The notes below the pieces were generated by a model, which was given only the letters and a program-made list of their open reading frames with translations, was not told the origin of the DNA and did no database searches. Shown piece by piece: positions 8,839 to 16,873 of a DNA stretch of 64,000 bases. Source of the DNA: Herbiconiux sp. (GTDB lineage: Bacteria; Actinomycetota; Actinomycetes; Actinomycetales; Microbacteriaceae); contig NZ_JAHFUY010000019.1 of NCBI RefSeq assembly GCF_023264895.1, positions 25,013-89,012 on the forward strand. The letters are read 5' to 3'. The position numbers and the translations under genes are program-made. Position 1 is the first letter of the stretch. Each line of letters opens with the position of its first letter.

Positions 8839-10188
8839 ATGAAGACGACGTTCGGATCACCTCCCGGGGCACCCCTGGATGCTCTCGAGCGTGCGATCTC
8901 GGATGAGGTGGCGGGCTTCGCTCGGGATGATCGGAAGATCGCGAGGCTGCAGGCCCGGCAGGCGCGGCGGTTGGCGCGGGCGGTCGGGTTGGCGGAGTCT
9001 CGGGCGGAGTTGCTGCAGGGTGGGTTGACGCCGAAGGCGCGCGAGTGGGCTCGCCGGTCGCTGCGGGCCGAGGTGGCGTGCGCTACCCGGCGTTCGGAGG
9101 GTGCGGTGTCGCGTCTGATCGCGGATGCGGAGGCGTTGGTGGCGGATCTGCCTTCGACGCTCGCCGCGCTCGAGGCGGGCGAAGTCTCCTACGCCCACGC
9201 CCGTTCGGTGGTGATCCATGCGGGCTCGCTCCCGATCGAGGCGCGTGGCGCATTCGAGCACGCGGTCCTGCCGCAGGCGCGGGAGAAGAACCCGGCCCGC
9301 TTCGACGACGTGGCCCGGCGTCTGCGTGAGGTGCATCATCCCGAGTCGATCACCCGCCGAGCGGTGCTCGCCCGTGAAGAGCGTGCCGTCTGGTTGGACG
9401 CGGAGCGGGACGGAATGGCGACCCTCCATCACCATCTGCCCGCAGTGGACGCGCTCGCGATCCACGACATCATCGACCAGGCGGCCCGCGCCGCACGGAG
9501 TGACACTGAGCCGCGCACGCAGGCGCAGCTGCGCTCGGACATCCTCGCCGACCGAATTCTCGGCCGCTCCGATGGCCTGGCTGGCTTCGTGCCGAGCGTG
9601 ATCGTGACGGTGCCGGCGCTGGTGCTGGCCGGGTGCGAATCGGCACCCTCCACGTCGCCCACGTTCACCCCACCCAAGTGCCCGTCGTTCATCTCCACCC
9701 CGCCCACTTGCACCCCGGCGGACTCACCTGCGGAGTTGCACGGGTACGGCCCCATCGACCCCGCGACTGCCCGCCGGATCGCCGCGTCGGCGCCCACGTT
9801 CCTCCGCGTGCTCACCCACCCGGTCACCGGCGACGTCATCGAGGCCGCCGGACGCTATCGCATCCCCACCGCGCTGCGTGAGGTGCTGGTCGTGGCAGAC
9901 CAGCACTGCCGGTTCCCCGGCTGCGGTCGCCGGGCCGCACGGTGCGAACTCGATCACACCGTGGACTGGGCGCACGGAGGCCGGAGCGTCGCCTCGAACC
10001 TCGCCCATCTCTGCACGAGCCACCATCACCTCAAACACGACGGTGGCTGGCAGGTGACCCGCCCACCCGACACCGGGCCCGCATCCCGCGCCCTCGAATG
10101 GCGATCACCTCTCGGCGCCACCTACCGCACCAATCCACCCGGAGCGGCCCTTACCGCTGGGCACATCGCCGACCCGCCACCCTTCTGA
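8839..10188 (+). CDS. DUF222 / HNH endonuclease domain protein (actinobacterial 13E12-repeat type)
   Basis: Long helical N-terminal region. C-terminal HNH core: CRFPGCGRRAARCELDHTVDWAHGGRSVASNLAHLCTSHHHLKH. Confidence 0.85.
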   Translation: MKTTFGSPPGAPLDALERAISDEVAGFARDDRKIARLQARQARRLARAVGLAESRAELLQGGLTPKAREWARRSLRAEVACATRRSEGAVSRLIADAEALVADLPSTLAALEAGEVSYAHARSVVIHAGSLPIEARGAFEHAVLPQAREKNPARFDDVARRLREVHHPESITRRAVLAREERAVWLDAERDGMATLHHHLPAVDALAIHDIIDQAARAARSDTEPRTQAQLRSDILADRILGRSDGLAGFVPSVIVTVPALVLAGCESAPSTSPTFTPPKCPSFISTPPTCTPADSPAELHGYGPIDPATARRIAASAPTFLRVLTHPVTGDVIEAAGRYRIPTALREVLVVADQHCRFPGCGRRAARCELDHTVDWAHGGRSVASNLAHLCTSHHHLKHDGGWQVTRPPDTGPASRALEWRSPLGATYRTNPPGAALTAGHIADPPPF

Positions 10189-10268
10189 TGCGCCGAATGA
10201 TGCACCGACGGGTGCCGAAGGATGGCGGGCGCGATGGGCGCCAAAGGCGCGGCGGGATCGCCGGCGGG

Positions 10269-11840
10269 TCAGGCCTCGTCGCGGTACTTGGCCGGCCAGA
10301 CGCCGTGGCGGCCGGGGGAGAGGATGCCCTTGGGGTCGACCGCGTCCTTGATCGCCTGGGTGAAGCGACGGTAGGCGTGGTCGCCGAAGGAGTACTGCTC
10401 CGAAGCGAGGTCCATGAAGTCGAGGTGCGCGCGGTACTCGCCGTAGCCGAGCGCCGCGACCTCCTCGATCAGGATCTTCACCGTCTCGAACGTGCGCGCC
10501 ACATCCTCGGCATTCGTGCGATCGAAGCTCACCGAGCTCACGATCATCGCACTCCGATCATTGGTCGGGAAGATCGCGCACACGAAGTTCGTGCCCGTGC
10601 GCTCGATCACCCGTGCCTTGATCCGGTCGACGACCTCCACGACCTCCGCACCCTTCAGCGGCACGATCGGCGAGAAGCCCACGTGCCCGACCCAGTCGGG
10701 CATCTGCTCCATCATCTCCATGGTGGGGATGCCCGCCGAGATCTTCTGCATGAACGTCGAGATCTCATGCCAGTTCGACGCCCCGAACCGGCCCAGCTCA
10801 TCGATCCGCGACCCCTCGATCGCCGACCAGGCCTCCCGGATCCGCGCGAGATGATGATCGATCACCGGCCCGTCACCCCACAGCGCCGTGCGCACACCCC
10901 AGCGACCGATGCCCGTGGCATCCGCCAGCGCATCGAGCCTGTCCTCCGACCACGTCGCATCCGCCCCCGGGAACATGCCCATGTGCTCCGGGAACTGCGT
11001 GCCCATCGTGATGAGGTTCTGCAGATTCGGCACCCCGCGGATGACACCGTCGAGCCGGAGCTCCCGGATGATGTCGATCGCCTGCGCCAGCTGGTGGTCA
11101 CGCGGCACCGAGAGGTAGAGCGGCGCGTACTCCCGCGGCCGCCGCATGAGCCACACACCCATGCGCGTGACGATGCCGTAGTTCGACTGCGTGAAGAGCG
11201 GATCGAGCGTCGGACCGAGCCCTCGCTTGTAGACGTGCCACGACTTCGAATCCGGGATCGCCCCCATGCCCGTGCGCAGCAGCGAACCGTCGGCGAGCAC
11301 GACCTCCATGCCCGTGGGCGCCTGGAAATCCGAACCGAGCGGCAGGTAGGTCATGCCGTTGTCGAGCGAGTTGCCGATGATCGAGCCCCACCCGATGTCC
11401 GGCACCGAGAGCATGAGCTCGTCACCCAGCTCGTGCAGCGCCGCGTGCAGATCGAGCCAGCGCACCCCGGGCTCCACCACCGCGTAGGCGAGCTCGGTGT
11501 CGATCTCGAGGATGCGGTTCATCTGCCGTAGGCTGATCAGCACCGAACCGGCCACCCGCGGCGACGGCCCGCCGTAGCCGTTGTTGCGGCCCTGCGACGA
11601 GGTCCACACCGGCACCTCGTAGCGGCCGGCGATCCGCACGATCTCCTGCACCTGCTCCACACTCGTGGGGAAGACGACCGCCGACGAGTCGTAGGTGCGG
11701 TCGTCGTGGTGCCAGTACGGGTCGCGGAAGGTGTCGCGCTCCTCCTCGGTGAGCAGGATGTTCTCGCGGCCGACCACCGCGACGAGCTCGTCCCGCGCGG
11801 CGTCCGGCAGCGTGGCGGGCGCCGGATGACGGGTGCTCAC
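10269..11840 (-). CDS. FAD-binding oxidoreductase, VAO/PCMH family, paralog 2
   Basis: Aligns by eye along its whole length with the 2589-4154 product at roughly two-thirds identity. The GTG start at 11840 overlaps the cupin stop (GTGA). The ORF-track extension to 12143 runs through the cupin gene. Confidence 0.9.
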   Translation of the reverse strand: MSTRHPAPATLPDAARDELVAVVGRENILLTEEERDTFRDPYWHHDDRTYDSSAVVFPTSVEQVQEIVRIAGRYEVPVWTSSQGRNNGYGGPSPRVAGSVLISLRQMNRILEIDTELAYAVVEPGVRWLDLHAALHELGDELMLSVPDIGWGSIIGNSLDNGMTYLPLGSDFQAPTGMEVVLADGSLLRTGMGAIPDSKSWHVYKRGLGPTLDPLFTQSNYGIVTRMGVWLMRRPREYAPLYLSVPRDHQLAQAIDIIRELRLDGVIRGVPNLQNLITMGTQFPEHMGMFPGADATWSEDRLDALADATGIGRWGVRTALWGDGPVIDHHLARIREAWSAIEGSRIDELGRFGASNWHEISTFMQKISAGIPTMEMMEQMPDWVGHVGFSPIVPLKGAEVVEVVDRIKARVIERTGTNFVCAIFPTNDRSAMIVSSVSFDRTNAEDVARTFETVKILIEEVAALGYGEYRAHLDFMDLASEQYSFGDHAYRRFTQAIKDAVDPKGILSPGRHGVWPAKYRDEA

Positions 11841-12274
11841 GCGCGCGCAGCCGAACCGGCCGCCGAGCTGTCGCCCGCGATCCCCGTCGTCACGGCGGCC
11901 GCCGCGTACTCCTCCTCGGAGACCTCCTCGAGCCACACCGTGTCGCCGAGCGTGATGGCCGTGTGCCCGAGCAGCGACTCGGCGGTGCCGCCGTGCCAGT
12001 GCCGCTCTCCGGGCTCGATCCAGACCGTGTCGCCCTCCGAGATGAGCTGCGGCACCCCGTCCGCACCGGCCACGAAGCCGCGACCGCGGAAGACCTGGAG
12101 GATCTGCCCGTGCGAGTGGTGGTGCCAGTACGTGCGCGAGCACGGGGTGAACAGCACCGTGTTGATCTTCACGTCGGCGCGATCCGTGATCACCGGATCC
12201 TGGAGCACCTGCCCCGTGAACGTGCCGCTGGCAGTGATGGAGGGGGCACCGGATCGGCCCGAGATGATGCGCAT
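11837..12274 (-). CDS. cupin domain protein
   Basis: Cupin metal motif TYWHHHSHGQILQV...GERHWHG. The start at 12274 is preceded by GGAAGAGAG. An alternative in-frame ATG lies at 12295. Confidence 0.8.
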   Translation of the reverse strand: MRIISGRSGAPSITASGTFTGQVLQDPVITDRADVKINTVLFTPCSRTYWHHHSHGQILQVFRGRGFVAGADGVPQLISEGDTVWIEPGERHWHGGTAESLLGHTAITLGDTVWLEEVSEEEYAAAAVTTGIAGDSSAAGSAARA

Positions 12275-12305
12275 GTCGCTCTCTTCCGTGAACATCGTCG
12301 TCCAG

Positions 12306-12318
12306 ATTGTCAGACAGT
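12306..12318. promoter_or_regulatory. operator-like palindrome ATTGTCAGACAGT (site A of the ATTGTC-N-GACA motif)
   Basis: Lies in the AT-richer divergent region between the cupin/VAO operon and the flavin-reductase::GntR gene. TGTC-A-GACA is a perfect odd palindrome. Confidence 0.45.
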
Positions 12319-12431
12319 ACTATAGCTCTCAGTCGAGGCCTGAAACTAGTTGTAGCTGTTGTAACTAAATGCTAGCATCGGCGACACCGCGGGTCCATGC
12401 CCGCATCCGAGTCAGCGCAAAGGGGCGAGAC

Positions 12432-13574
12432 ATGACTGCAGTCGAGACCAGCACGGAAGAGATGAGCACGGACGGGCCCAGCAAGGGCGAGTTCCGCGAC
12501 GTCATGGGACGGTTCGCGAGCGGCGTGACCGTCATCACCACGAACTTCGAGGGAGAGGACCTCGGCGCCGCCGCGAGCGCCGTCTCGTCCCTCTCGGATG
12601 AGCCGCCGAGCCTGCTCATCTGCCTCAACGTCACCTCCACGACGGCGCAGGCCATCGTGAAGAACGGCACCTTCGCCGTCAACGTGCTCGCCGAGGACTC
12701 CGCACCCATCGCGCAGCGCTTCGCGAGCAAGGCGCCCGACAAGTTCGCCTCCATCGCCTTCGAGCGCGGCCACGCCGACGTCCCGCTCATCGCCGGAAGC
12801 ATCGCCCACTTCGAGTGCGTGGTCGACGAGACCGTGCGCGGCGGCACCCACCTCGTGTTCCTCGCCCGCGTGGTGAGGGTCTCCTCGAAGCCGGGAAACC
12901 CGCTCGCCTACTTCCGCGGGTCCTTCGGCCGCATGGAGACGGCCCCGGATGCCGCAGCGCTCCACGCCGTGCGCGACTACGTGGTGGCGGCGGTGACGGA
13001 TGAGACGGTGCCGCTCGACGCCGAGAGCATCGCGGCCGAGCTCGAGATCGAGGTGGGCCGCACGTTCCAGGCGCTCGTCGCCCTCTGCAACGAGGGGCTC
13101 GTGCGCCGCGCCGGCGGCACCTTCGAGGTCGAGCCGGTGCCGGACGAGGTCATCTACGACTACTACGCCGCCAAGCTCGCGATCGAGGTGGGGGCTGCCG
13201 CCCAGACCGTCGGATCGGTCGAGCCCGAGCAGCTCGCGGAGCTCCGCCGGCTGCTCGACGAGACCCTCGGGTTCAGCGTCGACGAGCAGTTCAGCGACCC
13301 CAAGGGCTGGATCCGCGCGAACGCGGACTTCCACGAGTACCTCGTCGGCCTGGCCGGCAGTGTCATCCTCACCGAGACCTACAAAGGGCTGCAGCTGCCC
13401 GCCCTCGAGCAGCGCTCGATCAAGCCCTCGACGAAGGCCACGACCGTGCTGCACGACGACCATCGAGCCATCGTGGAGGGCTACGAGAGCGGCGACGTCG
13501 AGCTCGTGCTGCGCACCCTCACGGCCCACGCCCGCCGCCCGCAGGAGATGCGGGCGGGCGACGCCGGGGCCTGA
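12432..13574 (+). CDS. flavin reductase-like domain fused to a GntR/FadR-type (wHTH + FCD) transcription regulator
   Basis: The N-terminal ~170 aa resemble a flavin reductase (FRDVMGRFASGVTVITT...SLSDEPPSLLICLN...HLVFLARV). A GntR-like wHTH follows (ESIAAELEIEVGRTFQALVALCNEGLVRRAGGTFEV), then an FCD-like helical domain (ADFHEYLV..., DDHRAIVEGYESGD). The ATG at 12432 is preceded by AAAGGGG. Confidence 0.8.
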   Translation: MTAVETSTEEMSTDGPSKGEFRDVMGRFASGVTVITTNFEGEDLGAAASAVSSLSDEPPSLLICLNVTSTTAQAIVKNGTFAVNVLAEDSAPIAQRFASKAPDKFASIAFERGHADVPLIAGSIAHFECVVDETVRGGTHLVFLARVVRVSSKPGNPLAYFRGSFGRMETAPDAAALHAVRDYVVAAVTDETVPLDAESIAAELEIEVGRTFQALVALCNEGLVRRAGGTFEVEPVPDEVIYDYYAAKLAIEVGAAAQTVGSVEPEQLAELRRLLDETLGFSVDEQFSDPKGWIRANADFHEYLVGLAGSVILTETYKGLQLPALEQRSIKPSTKATTVLHDDHRAIVEGYESGDVELVLRTLTAHARRPQEMRAGDAGA

Positions 13575-13617
13575 GTCCCGGCGCCGGCCCCAGGCCGCGC
13601 CATGGCTGCATCCTGCC

Positions 13618-14457
13618 TCACATCACCATGCCGCCGTTGGAGTTGACGGTCTGCCCGGTGATGAACTGCGCCTCGTCGCTGCAGAGGTAGACGATGGTCG
13701 CGGCCATCTCCGAGGCCGGCACCACGCGCGCGATCGGCTGCAGCGCGACCATGCTCGCGAGCAGCTCCTCGTCGTCGGGCAGCATCGCGGTCTTCGTGGC
13801 GGCCGGGGCCACAGCATTGATCCGGATGTTCTCCGACCCTACGAGGGCCGCGATCGCCCGGGTCATGCCCAGCACCCCGGCCTTCGAGGCGGGGTAGGCG
13901 GCGGCGAGCGGATACGGCGCGAGCGCGCCGACGCTCGAGATGGTGACGACGGCGCCGCCCCGGCCCTCGTTCTTCCGCAGCAGCGGCAGCGCGGCGCGCA
14001 CGCAGTAGAAGGTGCCGGTGAGGTTGACCCGGATCACGAGATCCCACGCGGCGTCGTCGATGGTCGACGGATCGGGGTCGCTGTTGCGGTCGGAGAGCCG
14101 CCACGGCGCATCCGAGATGCCGGCGGCCGTCACGAGCACGTCGAGCCGGCCGTGGTCGGCGGCGACCCGTTCGAACGCCGCGTTCACCTGGGCGCTGTCG
14201 CCCACGTCGACCGCCTGCGTCACGACTTCGTCGACACCGGCCCACACCGCGTCGAGCGCGTCGGCCGAGAGGTCGAGGGCGTAGAGGACGGCGCCTTCGG
14301 CGACGAGGCGTTCGACGACGGCCCGGCCGATGCCCGACGCGGCTCCCGTGACGACGGCGATCCGGCCGGGGAAGCGGCGGGCTCCCCAGGTCTCGACATC
14401 CGCCGCCCCGACTCGGACGGTCGTGGTCGCGGGGGTGGTCTCTTCGTGGTTCGGCAT
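13618..14457 (-). CDS. SDR family oxidoreductase
   Basis: Shows IAVVTGAASGIGRAVV and the YPASK catalytic motif. The start is taken at the ATG at 14457 (MPNHEE...). The ORF-track start at 14556 lies in the promoter region. Confidence 0.85.
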   Translation of the reverse strand: MPNHEETTPATTTVRVGAADVETWGARRFPGRIAVVTGAASGIGRAVVERLVAEGAVLYALDLSADALDAVWAGVDEVVTQAVDVGDSAQVNAAFERVAADHGRLDVLVTAAGISDAPWRLSDRNSDPDPSTIDDAAWDLVIRVNLTGTFYCVRAALPLLRKNEGRGGAVVTISSVGALAPYPLAAAYPASKAGVLGMTRAIAALVGSENIRINAVAPAATKTAMLPDDEELLASMVALQPIARVVPASEMAATIVYLCSDEAQFITGQTVNSNGGMVM

Positions 14458-14486
14458 CGTCGCCCTCCAGGGTTGCAATATGTCTG

Positions 14487-14499
14487 ATTGTCGTACAAC
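14487..14499. promoter_or_regulatory. operator-like site ATTGTCGTACAAC (site B, one half-site mismatch)
   Basis: Lies in the divergent region between the SDR (-) and the Zn-ribbon/hyuAB operon (+). Confidence 0.35.
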
Positions 14500-14570
14500 A
14501 ATGATGCCGATGGTAGACGCGCCTCCCGCGCCGACGCCAGCATCCGCAGATTTCAAAGGAGAGATCGAAC

Positions 14571-14840
14571 GTGCACACCTTCCCCAGGCCCCGGGCGGAA
14601 CGACTCTCCGTCGAGCGTGACCACGTCGAGGCCACCTGCCCCGAATGCGGCGGCACCGACATCGCCAGCTACCGCGCCCTCAGCGAGGGCGGGTGGTGGA
14701 CGGTCGTGAAGTGCCAGGACTGCCTCGCCTCGCTCGAGCGGACCCCCGCGCCGGCGCTCGGGTCGTTCGTGCCGCTCGGCACGACCGTCGCGAACACCCC
14801 GAGCACCACCCCTACCGCCACCGCAGGAGGCCGCGCATGA
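14571..14840 (+). CDS. small zinc-ribbon protein (89 aa), candidate third subunit of the HyuA/HyuB enzyme
   Basis: GTG start preceded by AAAGGAGAG. Shows CPEC-x21-CQDC. The stop overlaps the hyuA start (ATGA at 14837-14840). Confidence 0.65.
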   Translation: MHTFPRPRAERLSVERDHVEATCPECGGTDIASYRALSEGGWWTVVKCQDCLASLERTPAPALGSFVPLGTTVANTPSTTPTATAGGRA

Positions 14841-16873
14841 TCGGCGTGGATGTCGGCGGCACGTTCACCGACGTCGTCGCGATCCGCGACGGCAAGGTCA
14901 CCGTCACGAAGGTGCCCTCCGGCCGCACCGACCCGGCCGGCTCGGTGGTCGAGGGCGCCCGGCGCCTCGGCGTGGAGGGCAGCGCCGTGTTCAACCACGC
15001 GAGCACCATGGGCCTGAACGCCGTGCTCGAGCGCCGGCTGCCGAAGATCGCCTTCCTCACCACCGAGGGCTTCCGCGACGTGCTCGACCGCGGCTCGGTG
15101 CACCGGCCGCTCGCGGCGCAGACCGACCCGTCGTGGCGGCGCACCTTCGGCGACGCGGCCCGCCCGCTCGTGCCGCGCTACCTCCGCCGCGGCATCGTGG
15201 AGCGGAAGACCGCCGACGGCGGCACCCTCATCCCGCTCGACGAGGCGCAGGCCCGGCACGAGCTCGAGATCCTCAGCCGGATGGACATCGACGGCGTCGC
15301 CATCTGCCTGCTCAACGCCTACGTCGACGACAGCCACGAGCTGCGCCTCCGCGAACTCGTGCGCGAGGTGCTCGGCGGCGACGTGGAGGTGTCGATCTCG
15401 TCGGCCACCTCCCCGCTCGCCAAGGAGTACGAGCGCGCCTCGACCACGGTGATCGACGTCATCATGAAGCTGCTCTTCAGCGACTACTCCGAGCAGCTGC
15501 AGGCGGGCCTCGGCGGCCTCGGCTTCGACGGCCAGCTGAACTTCGCCGACTGCGCCGCCAACCTGCTGCCCTGGCAGGAGGCTCTCGAGCGCCCCTTCCG
15601 CATCCTGTTCGCCGGCCCCGCCGCGGGCACCGTCTCGAGCGGCCACCTCGGAGCCGCGATCGGCCGCGCCGACATCCTCTGCGCCGACGTCGGCGGCACC
15701 TCCACCGACGTCTCGATCATCGTGGGCGGTGCGCCGTTCGTGCAGAACACCTTCGAGATCGAGCACGACCTCATCATCAACGCCCTCTCCACCGAGGTGT
15801 CGAGCGTGGGAGCGGGCGGCGGCAGCCTCGTCACCGTCTCCTCCTCGGGCGGCATCCTCGTGGGCCCCGGCAGCGCGGGCGCCGAGCCCGGCCCCGCCTG
15901 CTACGGCCGCGGCGGCACCGAGCCGACGGTCACGGATGCCGCGCTCCTCATCGGCATCCTCGATCCGGCCGGATTCGCCGGCGGCGAGTTCGAGCTCGAC
16001 CGCGAGGCCGCGCGCCGGGCGTTCGAGTCGCTCGACACCCCGGTGCCCTTCGACGAGCGGGTGCGCACGGCGTACCGGCTCGCGGTGGCGCACATGGCCG
16101 AGGAGATCCTCAACGTGGCCGTGCGGCACGGTGTCGACATCCGCGACTTCAGCCTCATGGCCTACGGGGCGGCGGGCGGCATGCTGCTGCCGGCCGCACT
16201 CGACCTGCTCCCGCTGAAGGAGGTCGTGATCCCGCCGCACCCCGGCCTCTTCTCGGCCATCGGTCTGCTCTCGGCCGACCAGGTCTACTACGAGGCCGAG
16301 AGCGCCTACGTGGTGTTCGGGCCCGAGAGCGCCGAGGGCATCGAGGCCGTCTACCAGCGCATGGAGGAGCGCCTCCGCGAGCGCCTCGGCGAGGCGGGCG
16401 AGGGGCTGCCGGTGCGCCGGAGCTTCGACGGCCGCCTGATGGGGCAGAGCTGGGAGACGCCGTTCGTGCAGATCCCGGAGGGCGCCATCACGGCCGAGAC
16501 CATCGGCCGGGCCGTCGCCGGATTCCACGACACCTACGAGCTGCGGAACGGCAACCGCTTCGACGCGTTCCCCGTGGAGGGCGTGACCTACCGGGTCGAG
16601 CTCGTGGTGCCCTCGGAGAAGGTCGACTACACCCCGGCCGAGGCCCGCGATCCGTTCCCCGCCGTGCCCGAGGGCACCACGACGCTCAGCCATCTGACCG
16701 GCGAGCCGGTCGAGGCCGAGTGGTTCTCGCGGCCCGCCCTCGAGACCGGCGCGACCGTCACAGGTCCCGCCATCATCCGCGAGGAGCTCAGCACCACGTT
16801 CGTCGCCGCCGGGCAGTCCGCCGTCGTGGGCCGCTGCGGCGAGCTCATCATCACCACGAGGAGCGCATCATGA
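14837..16873 (+). CDS. hyuA: hydantoinase/oxoprolinase family protein, A (HyuA-like) subunit
   Basis: Begins MIGVDVGGTFTDVV, the hallmark N-terminus. 678 aa. The ORF-track start at 14645 is in-frame read-through inside the small upstream gene's region. Confidence 0.9.
   Translation: MIGVDVGGTFTDVVAIRDGKVTVTKVPSGRTDPAGSVVEGARRLGVEGSAVFNHASTMGLNAVLERRLPKIAFLTTEGFRDVLDRGSVHRPLAAQTDPSWRRTFGDAARPLVPRYLRRGIVERKTADGGTLIPLDEAQARHELEILSRMDIDGVAICLLNAYVDDSHELRLRELVREVLGGDVEVSISSATSPLAKEYERASTTVIDVIMKLLFSDYSEQLQAGLGGLGFDGQLNFADCAANLLPWQEALERPFRILFAGPAAGTVSSGHLGAAIGRADILCADVGGTSTDVSIIVGGAPFVQNTFEIEHDLIINALSTEVSSVGAGGGSLVTVSSSGGILVGPGSAGAEPGPACYGRGGTEPTVTDAALLIGILDPAGFAGGEFELDREAARRAFESLDTPVPFDERVRTAYRLAVAHMAEEILNVAVRHGVDIRDFSLMAYGAAGGMLLPAALDLLPLKEVVIPPHPGLFSAIGLLSADQVYYEAESAYVVFGPESAEGIEAVYQRMEERLRERLGEAGEGLPVRRSFDGRLMGQSWETPFVQIPEGAITAETIGRAVAGFHDTYELRNGNRFDAFPVEGVTYRVELVVPSEKVDYTPAEARDPFPAVPEGTTTLSHLTGEPVEAEWFSRPALETGATVTGPAIIREELSTTFVAAGQSAVVGRCGELIITTRSAS

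Noticed and set aside
8839-10188. The HNH/DUF222 gene as a mobile element or defence gene.
   Set aside because: There are no flanking inverted or direct repeats, no transposase or integrase, no partner methylase or toxin genes, and no compositional break that I can see. It is reported only as a CDS and as a possible rearrangement marker.
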